DNA of 62,929 nucleotides, filler included, from Octopus bimaculoides (Eukaryota): the NCBI RefSeq assembly GCF_001194135.2. It is 6 parts of 6 records of this genome, joined end to end, with 100 filler letters (N's around TTAATTAATTAA, not from the genome) between each part and the next. Parts side by side here need not be neighbours in the genome. Positions count along the whole stretch, not along the records: positions 10,261 to 18,535 come from NC_068997.1; positions 18,636 to 31,995 come from NC_068996.1; 4 more parts are not named here. One strand, written 5' to 3'. The notes under the pieces are model-generated. The model ran no database searches. It saw only the letters and a program-made list of their open reading frames with translations, and was not told where the DNA came from. Positions 12,331 through 24,257 of this stretch are shown one piece after another. The stretch's first letter is position 1. Every line of letters begins with the position of its first letter. Both the position numbers and the translations under genes were made by a program.

Positions 12331-14218
12331 GGTCGATATCAATAAACAATAAAGCAAAATATTTCGCTCAACGATCCAACGTTCCTGCCAATTCGCCGAA
12401 ATTTTGTCCACATTGAAATTTGAAACAGTCTGCTTACGAAGTCTAGCAAAGAACTCATTTGATTAAGACAGAAAAAAGAAATCACCTGTGAGAAAATACC
12501 AACAGTCAATCCTTTGGCTGATAAGATTGATTATCTGATAACAGTCAAACTGTGCTGCTACTAAAGAAGAAGCCCGTTGTCTGTATAAGTATTAATAAAG
12601 CTTACTGGACTTCCTTAGTTCGATACAAAACGAAAAGGAAAAAAAAAGAAGGTTAATAATAGTAATTAAAGCTAACATTTCACCACCAGCAACATCACCA
12701 TTTCTGTATCAGCAATTGTGGTTGATAACCTTTTCTTAGGGGCGACATGGAGATTAGATTAATGAACCAACTTAAGGAATCATTGCCAGGAGATGATAGT
12801 GAGCAGAAGTTGAGAATTCATTAAACACTTTATTATATCTTAAATGGTCGAGAGAGATAGAAAGAGAGAGAGGTGACTTAAGATTAAGATGAAATCGAGA
12901 GGTGACTGAGACGAAAGAGAAGGCGTAGGTTAAATACTTTGATAAGGGGTTAATAAATATGTAAGACGAACGTTTCATTAGAGTTTATTTAATCGGATTA
13001 AAAGCTTACTTCTGTGCAGTTACTGCAGTATTAGCAGAGATCACATGTTACCTGCATAAAAAAGTATGCAACTATTCAAAGAGGGAAAACAAAAGCGACA
13101 TTTAATCTTCAGTGTGTTAATTAAGTGAACGCGCGCAGCTGCATACTACGCTCACATAATGCGTAACGTATGCATGTCTTTGTATATTTGTTGTTATGAG
13201 CGTCTATACGATTATTTATATTATGCCAGTGTTTACAAATGTGTTTCGTTTCTGCGTATATACGAATATGTTTGCTTTTTGTAGTAACGTATGTGTTTTG
13301 GTTTTGGAGTTGATGTTTGCGTATTTTATTTTGTGCGTGTTTGCGTGCGTCGGTGCATGTTTGTGTATGTGAGAATGAAAGGGAAGAGAAAGTTTGTACG
13401 TGCATGCTTGTTTGAATTTTGGGGTAAGTGTATTCTATGTGAAATCATAGACGAATGTCAAAATCGATGCGCGCGTATCCGCGCACACGCACGCACGCAC
13501 GCATGCGCGCGCACTCACATACATACACACACACATATATATACACAAACACATACACACATGGAGATGGGAAGAGAAATGGGTGGGGAGAGAGATCGCA
13601 AATGTCACAGTAATGCTCTAATTTCTGTTCACTGTCAGATCAACAGAAAAGATAATAAAAACCGTTAAAAACAACAAAATGGCAACAATCGACATTTGAT
13701 GTTGTATGTATGTATGTATGTATGTATGTACGTATGTATGTATAGATTGCTTTTTATATATAAATTTACAAAAAAGAACATCAAGATATATACACATATA
13801 TATATAAATTATTTTCGTATTTAACTTAAAAAATCANNNNNNNNNNGGTATGTGTGTGTGTGTGTGTTTATGTTGTTTTGTTTTATTTTGTTTGTGTTAA
13901 GTTATATATAAAATCAATTTAGCTTTAAACTGCAGGGTTGCTCATATATATTTGTAAATTATGTATTTTTTAATACCTTTCTCTCAACCTCCCCTACACA
14001 CATATTCTTTCTGCCAATCTTTCTATATTTCCCACGTTTCTACACAACCATTCCCTTTGTCTAAACACACCCCATCTAATTCTCATTCACATTACTCTAT
14101 GTACAAAAGAAATAACTTGACAAAAATTATATAAAAGCACAAAGAACCAAAGTAAACCAGTCTGATGACGGCAAGCAAGCCGAAACTTTGAATTCACAGT
14201 CAAACCGTTTTTCCTTGA

Positions 14219-14278
<60 letters not shown>

Positions 14279-15188
14279 CAATAAGAAAATGGAGGGGGAT
14301 ATGTGGTATTCATCAACTTGCAAACATTGTATTATGTCAATTTACCTGTTTATTTTTTTAACTAAGAGGACAATAAAAACAATATACAAACACATGTGAC
14401 ATATAATGTCATATCAATAATTAAAAAGGACATCTAGTGACCGAAGATGGGACAATGTCTTACAGCTGTTTCAGTCTAGTGTGACATGCCCCCCACCAAA
14501 AAGAATGAAAGGCAATATTAACCTCGGCTGTATTTGAACTCAAAATATAAACAGTCGGAACGATTTCTATTAATAATAGATTACAATTCAAGCACAAAGC
14601 ATCAATTCGTGGGGGAGGAGTGTTAGTTGATTATATCAACCCCAGTTCTTCACTAGTACTTAATTTTATCGACCCGGAAAATAATCCTTTCTTTTATAAG
14701 TACAAGGCCGGAAATTTTGTAGGCATGGTGGATAGTCGATTACAACGAGGACAGTTAATAATTAAAGACAAACTTAACCCCAGTGGACTTCGAAATCAGA
14801 GCGGAAAGAGCCAGGACAAAGTTTTATCCGACATTTTAACGATTCTGCCATCTTGCCGCCTTATGTTTTCTGTTAACAATAGTATGTTTCCATATAATAC
14901 TCTCGAGTGATGTCCACTATGGAGTACTGCTTCCAGATGTGGCAGTACTGTGTGTGCCTCGCTTTCGCCTTGGAGAGCATAAATGCGGCAACGAAATTTG
15001 CTGAGTGGGTGAAAACCCTGGCCCAGAATGTTTTCCAGACAAGGTGGATTCTTTTCAATCATATCAAAATAAACACAGGTACATTAATTGTTATTATTCG
15101 TATACACACAACAGATTAGACTGTTGGAAGAGAAAAATTCCTAACATCGGACTATAACAAGTAAATTTATTAATATTATTATTATTAT

Positions 15189-15264
<76 letters not shown>

Positions 15265-15265
<1 letters not shown>

Positions 15266-15495
15266 AAGGCGGCGAGTTGGCAGACTCGTTAGCACGCCGG
15301 GCGAAATGCTTAGCGGTATTTCGCCCGTCGCTACGTTCTAAGTTCAAATTCTGCCGAGGTCGACTTTGCCTTTCATCCTTTCGGGGTCGATAAATTAAGT
15401 ACCAACCAGTGAAACACTGAAGTAGATGTAATCGACTAGTCCACTCCCCCAAAATTTCAGGCCCTGTGCTTATAGTAGGAAAGAATATTGTTGTT
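15265..15495 (+). mobile_element. tRNA-SINE family A, near full-length copy
   Basis: Starts after (AGT)n: gaaggcggcgagttggcag (A-box-like) … ctaagttcaaattc (B-box-like) … gtcgactttgcctttcatcctttcggggtcgataaattaagtacc (central domain) … AT-rich tail. There are many other copies (e.g. 10430-10620, 14600-14870, 33300-33440, 36845-37730). Confidence 0.8.
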
Positions 15496-15559
15496 ATATT
15501 TGTAGGTACATCAATAAAATCAAATAAATCCAATAACGGAAAAGAAATGTTTCAAATCA

Positions 15560-15880
15560 GTCCCAAAGTGTTTCTACTCTCGTTTGATGTGGCGATGAAG
15601 TTTTTTCAGAACGTTCAAAGCGTTTTCCATTGCTACCGGCAAAAAAAAAAGTGTTTAGGGGTACGCTTGTACCCCCTGCACTCCTGTTCTCGAGCCTATA
15701 TTGTAGAGTGTGAGAAACTTCAGAGGCTAAAGTATTTTCTGACCCCAAAGGGCAAGGCTTGTGTTTGGGATACAGCCCAAGCTACATTAAGGATACGCTT
15801 CCGCCAGGATAGATCGTCGGTGATAATAGTTGAAACTGAAGCAGGTTGAGGCCACATTATTCTGTGTTCCTTTGTTGACT
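15560..15880 (-). mobile_element. Decayed CR1/L2-group LINE RT C-terminal fragment
   Basis: Minus-strand translation TIITDDLSWRKRILNVAWAVSQTQALPFGVRKYFS, then a frameshift to LTLY, resembling the 'DLSW..HI..IA..AS..L..L.R.RKYF' segment. Confidence 0.5.
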
Positions 15881-16699
15881 TCCCCCATGTTTATATTTGT
15901 GCGTGTATAAATGACTAAAATTTTTTTTAATAAGATATTATACATAAATCGGGCCACACTATTAAAAGATTAATTTAACAAACATCGTGTTTAGTAACTA
16001 CATTTTCATTGGTTGATAATTCGAGGGAAACAATGTGAATGGATGAATAAAAGAATGAATGAATGAATGAATGAATGAATGAAGGAGAGAGGGGGGGAGA
16101 AGGGGAGAGAGATGAAATTGCTTAATAAAGATTTATGTTACAAAATGTTAGTTTATGTAATCATGTCATTACGCGTGACATGCAAAAGAAGTTAAAAGGG
16201 ATCGCGTGGTTTACCTATGTCTGGTCTAAGCAGTAATAGCAGTATAGAAATTATGAAGTGATAACGTCGTGTTACAGCACTAGTCACTCTTCAGATAATC
16301 CCACTAAAGAAAAAAAATATATAACAAAAATTCAATGAATTTCGACTGCGAAGACAAACAACAGCTACGAAGCTCCTAAGCTGTCATTCACAACGAACGT
16401 ATCCTAATTACATAATTGCTTGTTATATACATTGGAGATCTAATTACTCAGTGAATATCATCAAAGTTATACCCAAAAGAGTAAATGACAAGATAGACTC
16501 TTTATCTTCAACTCAAACAAAAGTCTATAGAGACGAGAAATATTAATTCTACAACCAAAAACTGAAGTACATTTATTATAAAGAAATCGCAAAGTGTCTA
16601 CTCAACACAAATATATTTCTATATTTAATTTTTATTTTATCTTATTTCTAAAGCCCAACTGCGATGAAATAAGGACGGTAGAAATGGGTTTGGTGTTAC

Positions 16700-18375
16700 T
16701 TTGAAGTTTCTGTCTGGACCTGCATGTTGGCAGCAGATGTATGATGGTCACCATTTCCAGACCCGATGTTGCTCGGGAGTTCTAATCCTACATCCGTTTC
16801 TAAGCAGTCCTTTTCAGGAATACTGCTGTTCATCCTGAACGATGAGCACCCTAGAAAATGTGGACCAAAAGTCGGAAGCCACTTTTCATTACCTAAATTC
16901 AAAGAAAACCGAATCTGAATCTAGCAATCTGATTTTCAGAGCATGAAACTTAAAACTACATTTTAATCTTATCAACACTGAAAGACCAGAACGACGCCTC
17001 GTACTTTCTCCCTCGTTTCAACATCGATTTCGCTGCCCGGTGTGAAACACAACTCTCAAGGAAAGGAAAATTTTAAGCAAAGAGTGCTGACCACACAAGT
17101 CAATCGAATGGTCCACACATTCATTAAAAAAACTCTTTTGTTCTTTCCATTCAAACTAAATGACTCTTTTAGAAACGAAAACAAAGACAGAAAATAACCC
17201 CAAAAGTTGGTTTTGCTTTGACGACCAGGATTTTTCGAGATCATCATCTAACTGCCGTCAACAATCGACATCCGATCTTCGTGTTCCATTATCTCAAAAC
17301 AACTTTATTGTGCTTATCTTAGCTTCTGCTCCAACTCTTAATGCCGATGAAGATGTAGAAAATCAATTTTACCAACAGATGAATAACAGCATTTTGAAAG
17401 TATAAACAAGAGATAAACATCTACTCTAAGGCGATTTTAAGCAAGAGTAGGAAGAGATAATCGGCTAAGGAAAGAGATTAATTGTAAAGAAGTTGTTGGG
17501 AACTTTAATCTCAATGAGCTTCTCATACATGGCCTCTGTTCGTTACATTCCTTTTTCATCCCCAACATTCAGTTCCAACTCCCCAACTGATTTAAAACCG
17601 TATAGATTCTCGAAGGAACATTGTTCCTTCGCTGCTGAATTGTGAAGAAAATTTGAGAGTGGAAATTCCATGAACAGAATGAAACCACGAAAATCTCCGG
17701 GGTCGACCAACGCTGAAACAAGGGAAACTGCCTCTCAAAATCAAGCTTTCCACTCTGATCCTAAAAGAATGGGAAGACCTCCGAGTCTCAAATAAATTTT
17801 AAAATGCGGTTATTATCACTATCTTCAAGAAAGGAAATCTAAAGCTTTGTGAAAGTTATTCATGGAAAATCACTGAAATATCTTGCAGAGCGAGTCTTTA
17901 AAGGCAAAGATTTAAGCCCCCAAAAGGAAACTCGTAGTTTATTGCCTGTCACCATCTTAGTGCATGAAACATGAAAAAGAAACCACCAAAAATCATCAAC
18001 AAAATCTCCGTGCCTTTTTAAACATTAAATGGAAGGACTTTTTTTAACAATAGAATTGTACTAGAAAAAGATAATAGTCGGAGCATTGAATTCACTGATA
18101 TGAAATATCGGCTATGATATATGACGAGAATAAAAGACGAGAAATTTCCTTGTCAAATTTCCTTCAGTGAATTAATCACTAGGAAAAGATCACGAAGATG
18201 TAGTTTCCTTTGTTAAAAAGACTACATAAAGACAACCTTCGAAATGGCCGGAATTGAAACAAAAAGCGTGGGAAAATGAACCCCAGAACCGTTCCAAATG
18301 GTTTCACTCTATTCACCACCAGAATTAACCTTTTGAAGTAAAGAGAAAAAATTAAAATATGTGAAGAAGACACCG
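16700..18375 (+). mobile_element. Heavily decayed, internally deleted RTE-clade LINE (APE endonuclease plus RT remnants)
   Basis: LILASAPTLNADEDVENQFYQQMNNSILKV is followed by a GDF.ARVG-like segment (APE). AVIITIFKKGNLKLCESY (RT domain start) and LNIKWKDF…VLEK…SIE (RT C-terminal region) follow, with many stops. Confidence 0.75.
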
Positions 18376-18671
18376 CCTTTAGTCGAACAAAACACCCCCA
18401 GGACTTATTCTTTGTAAGCCTAATACTTGCTCTATCGGCCTTTTTAGCCGAACCGCTATGTTATGGGGGCGTAAACACACTAACATCGGTCGTCAAGCGA
18501 TGGTGTGGGACAAACACCGACACAAATACACACACNNNNNNNNNNNNNNNNNNNNNNNNNNNNNNNNNNNNNNNNNNNNTTAATTAATTAANNNNNNNNN
18601 NNNNNNNNNNNNNNNNNNNNNNNNNNNNNNNNNNNATATATATATATACATACACATATATACATATATGC

Positions 18672-18705
<34 letters not shown>

Positions 18706-18899
18706 ATAAAATTAGTGTACATTTATACACAAAAGAGGTGACCCTAAATAGGACACCTTACATGTTAAAAGGAACAGTCAAAGCCGAAAACACGATTAAG
18801 AGTAATGCTATTAAATATATTGTTTCGAATTTGTGTGAATGTGTATACAATAATATATCAGTTGAATAAAGTTAAAACATGGTCTGGTTTTAACGTTTT

Positions 18900-19233
18900 T
18901 GATTATGGTATTTTAACATTAAAAATATTTTATAATGTTCATAAAGTTAAATTAGCGATTTCATGCATAGAGTAATCATCAGATTTCAAATGTGTTTAAC
19001 TGACAGCTAAGATCTTGACAGTTTTAGTTCCTCTTAGAACGCTCCAACAAGCTGAATTTTTAAAATACAGTTTAACCACTCCACATGCATCTTTTCGACC
19101 CTTTTGTTTAATAACTTTTTACTAGAAAAAAGAATGTTATAGCGTTCGGATGTACAGAGTTGACAATATTTATCCGGTGGATGAAAAAGTTTTGCATAAG
19201 ATAAAATTGTCCATCTAATTTTAAAACTTACAT
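18900..19233 (-). mobile_element. Penelope-like element 3' end (C-terminus after GIY-YIG, plus 3' UTR/pLTR)
   Basis: SFKIRWTILSYAKLFHPPDKYCQLCTSERYNILFSSKKLLNKR resembles the conserved PLE C-terminal 'W.I...A..Y....K.C.LC..EK..IL....LLNKR' segment. A CTGATGA…GAAA motif follows in the 3' UTR. Confidence 0.7.
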
Positions 19234-19652
19234 TACTATGTAGTAAAGATTGTTTGCCAACATAATATGGCAGGCCTGATTTAGGACTAATGTTGCTGTA
19301 ATTTAGCCCCAGGAGACATCGTCTCCGGCTGGCTATACGACACGATCTGTCCTTACATTTTCGAACAAGGGAATCTAGCATCCCAACTCAGCTCAAAACA
19401 ATATCCGTGTATCGCGATTTCTGGGTTATTTCCCTTCTGTAATGATGAAGGGAAATAACCCAGAAATTGCGATACACAGATATTGTTTTGAGCTGAGTTG
19501 GGATGCTAGATTCCCTTGTTCGAAAATGTAAGGACACAGATCGTTTCGTATAGCCAGCCGGAGACGATGTCTCCTGGGGCTAAATTACAGCAACATTAGT
19601 CCTAAATCAGGACTGTCATATTATGTTGGCAAACAATATTTACTACAAAGTA
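19234..19652. repeat. ~200-bp near-perfect inverted repeat (fold-back) with 9-nt loop
   Basis: Left arm 19234-19437 is the reverse complement of right arm 19447-19652 with only a few substitutions and one 2-nt indel. The loop is tgtaatgat. Confidence 0.95.
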
Positions 19653-20139
19653 CTGTTGCTGAATATCTCACGTTGTGAGATTTTACTAAGACTAGTCGAA
19701 GACCGTTTATTAGAATTTCGGAAAAAATATTCGTGGTTCGCGATTCTGGCCTTAATAAAAGATTTGGAAGATCCTATATAGTAGAAGTATTTACTGCCAG
19801 TTTCAACTATGGCTTAGTATACTAAATAATTTTGCAATAATTTTTTAACTTACATTGTTCATTAACTCTACAATCACACAAATCACTCATATTATCACTG
19901 AAAATAGCAGATGGGTTAGGGCGAGTAATCTCCCCTTGATTATTATGTAAGAATGGAGCATTTTTATTTAGTTTATTATGGCTGAATTTAGAGAAGATAT
20001 GTATCTATATAAATGACGAGTAACTGAAAACCATATCGAAAAAGCTGCTGTGGAATAATTCTCTATATTTGTTTTTATTAAGAGAAAAATGTTTATTTGT
20101 TAACCGGCGTATTATGGTGATCAAATTGGTTTTTACTTG

Positions 20140-21500
20140 TTTAGCAAAGGGCAAAATCAGCCAGATAATATTTTCTTTTATGAAAGTTATGAAGGTTACA
20201 GAGAAAGTTATAGCCTTGTTGATCCAAGATGGAATGAAGATAGATGAGGTGTAGTTTGGCTTTATCTCTTGAATAGGCACCACTAATGTAATCTTCCTAA
20301 TGAAGCAACTTCAGGAAAAATACCTGGTTTTAGAATAAACTTGATTTGGAAAAAAGCATTTGACCGGATACCAAGTTCTGTAATTTGATGAGCTCTGAAG
20401 AAATGAGGCGCTAATGAATGACTCATGCAGGCAGTTCAAGCTATGTACAAGCTAAGTTCAAGCTATGTTCAAGCTATGTACAAGCTATGTAAAGCTATAT
20501 TCAAGCTATGTAAGTAAAGCGAGAGTTGGAAATGACTTCAATGGTGAATTTAATGTGATGGTGAGACACGATCATGGTTCAGTGCTCATCATAGGAATTT
20601 AAAACTGGCTGTCCATGGAAGCTCTTATATACTGATAATCTAATCCTCAAGGAGCATTAGAGAAGAAATTCCAGCATGGAAGCATTAGAGAAGAAATTCA
20701 AGCACGGAAACTAAACCTAGAATTGAAGGGACTAAAAGTTAACCTGGGACAGGACAACAGTATCTTCAGGGAGATGGCCTTACTCAATATGTAGAAAAGG
20801 GGTTGGTAAAAACAACATATGCTGTACTCGGTGTATGTTATGGACACACGCGATGTAGTGGAATCATTGGCAGACTATCCCAAAATGTAAGCTTCATATG
20901 CAGTAGATACACTGGAGCAGTTCATATAAGCACACCAGAAACTGAATTTCTTAAATTCTCAGACGTAGTTTTGTAACTTAGGAGATGTAATTAGTAAGAG
21001 AGGTGGTTGGTCTGAAAGTATGGTTGCTAGAGTAAGAACTGGTTGGAGAAAGTTCAGAGATTTGCTACTACTGCTGACAACAAAAAATGTTTCCTTAAAA
21101 GTGAAGAGCATACTTGCATTAGAACTACAATGCTGTATGTTAGTAAGGTAAGAGCCTTGACTGCAGAGGATTTGAGAAAACTAGATATGCAATGTGAGTG
21201 TGCTTGAAAGACCTAGGTGCTGAGTGAAAAATTAGGATAAGAGGAATCAGGTGTTGTGTTCAAAAAAGAAGACTATGCTGGTATGGACAGCTGATGTGTA
21301 TGGATGAAGACAGCTGCATAAGAAGAGCTAGTTGTTTAATGTAGCTAGAACCTGTGGGAGAGGAAGACCCAGGAAAACATAGGATGAAGTGGTGAAAGCT
21401 AACCTCGTAACCCTGATGAGATGTCAAAGGATAAAAATCTCTAGTGATATGAGGTTCTCAAAAAACTTGTCCTTCTCAGCAAGCTGAGTTCTGGAAGTGT
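20140..21500 (+). mobile_element. Decayed RTE-type LINE RT region to 3' end
   Basis: Remnants of MKVTEKVIA..I, FGF..GTT..IFLMKQLQEKY, DLEKAFDR, EFKTGCPWKLLY(T)D(N)L, and a C-terminal RW.G.L…GRPRKT. Same family as 51277-51662. Confidence 0.8.
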
Positions 21501-23288
21501 TATACTCTGAGTTCTCCACCTGTTACAGAAACTCCCCACTCATGCACTATGCCTGCCTCTTCCCCTCCTCTTCTCGTTTCTCCCCCCACCCTACCCTGCA
21601 ACTGTATCATTTTTTACTCTTGCCACTTGCCCCTCTCCCACTTTTCTACATCTGTCCATCTTCCCCATCTCATTCACCCTTCAACCCGACCCAGTTTGTC
21701 AAACTGCCTCCCACCATTCATTCACCTTCCTATACAAGCTTGCAAACCATCTGTCCACACACTTCTACTCAGCTTATGCGGCACCTGGACACTTTATTGC
21801 CATTATCTATATCTTGTAGCTCCTACTGATCATTTTCTTTTTCTCCTCCCTCTTTACCCTACTAGATGTGAGTAGCCATGCAGATCCCTCTGCAGGAACC
21901 TGCTCCAAACCCTTTTCTGTCATAGTATTTCCCCTCATCCCTTAGCATGAAGCTGACACTCTACTGCCATCAGTGTTCATAGTCCTGCAAGCAGCCTGGT
22001 AACCTCAATAGTGCAGGTGGAATGAAAAAGTACCCAGTCCACACTATAAGTGTGGCTGACGTTAGGAAGGTCATCCAGGCATAAAAATACTTGCCAAAGC
22101 AGATATTGGTGCTCAGTATAGTTTTTGGACACATCAGCTCCTGTCAAATCTCCCAATCCATGCCAGAATAGAACATGGACGTTAAATGACGACGATGATG
22201 ATAATAAGAATAACTCCCAAAAAATATTTAATAGACATACTGTAAGAGTTGACCTGATTACATAGGTCAAACAAAGCTTACTCTAAGAAATAGACTGACT
22301 ATTCACCGACATCAAATACTGAGTGGTTACATAGACATATGTACAAAAATTAAGTCTCCCAAATTCCAGGTCTTTCCACTTTACTTATGTTCAGCGAGTA
22401 CCACAGATGAAGCATGGATAAACAAAGAAAATACTTTCATACAAAAGTACCAAGACTTAACAAATTTTAACAGAGTACATACACAAATAACTATTCAAAT
22501 ACAAAATTCATTCTGCCACTCATCACGAGGAAGCTACACAGTTAACAACCTAAATTTTAGTGATTGGACTACATGCAAATGACTCCTGTCCATTCTCCCA
22601 CCTGAGACATTAAATTTGGAGTGTCTAGATTATAACTAAACATGTTCACTCAACTGTGTCGGCCTTCTTTTTAGACGGAAAGTATACTGTCACATGACAC
22701 TAACGCACGGACGTAGCGAGAAACGCACAAATGGTTATATACTTAATTATGTGTTCATTCTGTACAAACACTTGACAGAAAATATTCAGAGCATTGATTG
22801 TTTGGACATGTTCAGTCAACTGTGTCAACCTTAACTTACAACGCCAAACATTGTCACTCGATACTAATACACAGATGTAGCGGGGCACCTGCAAAACTTT
22901 CTACGACCAGTCATGCGACTATCCTCTACTAATCAAATCCTATTCAAAACATATACTAATTTGAGCCATGAACTGCCTATAAAATCAGAGTAAACTTCAA
23001 ACACTAATCAGAAGCAAAACAGCTGCAACATAAGCCACGTATTGCTATTTGAACTTTTTGAAAATCAGTCTAAACTGTGAAACCAGTTAAAGGTTCAAAT
23101 ATATTAATAAGAAATATTTTAACTATTCTCAGTGCATTTTCAACTACTATTTTTTCATATATATATATATATACGAGTGAGTGGAAAAACTAAAGAAGAG
23201 CACTCAAATAATTTATTGGTAGTTACATGTATAGATCAAAACAGTTTGATTCAAATTCGTTGGGACCAACGAATTTGGATCAAACTGT

Positions 23289-23323
<35 letters not shown>

Positions 23324-23375
23324 TATATATAAAACAAAGTAAAGTTGTAAGATACCGCACGAGTGGAAATATATA

Positions 23376-24208
23376 TGAAAGAAGGTTTGAAAATGCAATT
23401 TTAAAGATGTTTATTCACTTGACCGGTTTCACTTTTTAGAAAAAGATTGTCAAAAGTAAAATGTAAAGCTTTGTGTGAGCTTTGTTGTGTTAAGTACTGG
23501 TTATTACAAAAGTATTAAAATACATATACATTTATACATTCTTTGATAATAATAAGAAAATGTTAAAAACAGTTTACAAGAAAGTGTTTAAGAAAGTAAT
23601 CAAAACGGAACTCCAAAAAGCATTTTGAGTTCAATAAAAATTATGTCTATTTGGTAGTATATATNNNNNNNNNNNNNNNNNNNNNNNNNNNNNNNNNNNN
23701 NNNNNNNNNNNNNNNNNNNNNNNNNNNNNNNNNNNNNNNNNNNNNNNNNNNNNNNNNNNNNNNNNNNNNNNNNNNNNNNNNNNNNNNNNNNNNNNNNNNN
23801 NNNNNNNNNNNNNNNNNNNNNNNNNNNNNNNNNNNNNNNNNNNNNNNNNNNNNNNNNNNNNNNNNNNNNNNNNNNNNNNNNNNNNNNNNNNNNNNNNNNN
23901 NNNNNNNNNNNNNNNNNNNNNNNNNNNNNNNNNNNNNNNNNNNNTACTACAAAACAAACGTGATTTTTATTGAACTCAAAATGCTTTTTGGAGTTCCATT
24001 CTGATTACTTTCCTAAATACTTTCTTGTAAACTGTTTTTAACATTTTCTTATTATTATCAAAGAATGTATAAATGTATTTTAATCCTTTTGTAATAACCA
24101 GTACATAACACAACAAAGCTTTACATTTTACTTTTGACAATCTTTTTATAAAAAGTGAAACCGGTCAAGTGAATAAACATCTTTAAAATTGCATTTTCAA
24201 ACCTTCTG

Positions 24209-24211
<3 letters not shown>
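23376..24211. mobile_element. MITE/fold-back element with ~270-bp inverted arms around a gap
   Basis: 23376-23659 is the reverse complement of 23945-24211 (diverged, with indels). Both outer ends abut (TA)n. Confidence 0.8.

Positions 24212-24257
<46 letters not shown>

Noticed and set aside
12438-12485. 48-nt AG/GT-flanked in-frame segment on the minus strand (VISFFCLNQMSSLLDF)
   Set aside because: Weak donor context (TTC|GTAAGC) and an uninformative peptide; such matches are expected by chance.
20437-20515. About 7 tandem copies of caagctatgt(a/t)
   Set aside because: Local slippage expansion inside a dead LINE RT; the spacing is not CRISPR-like and there are no unique spacers.
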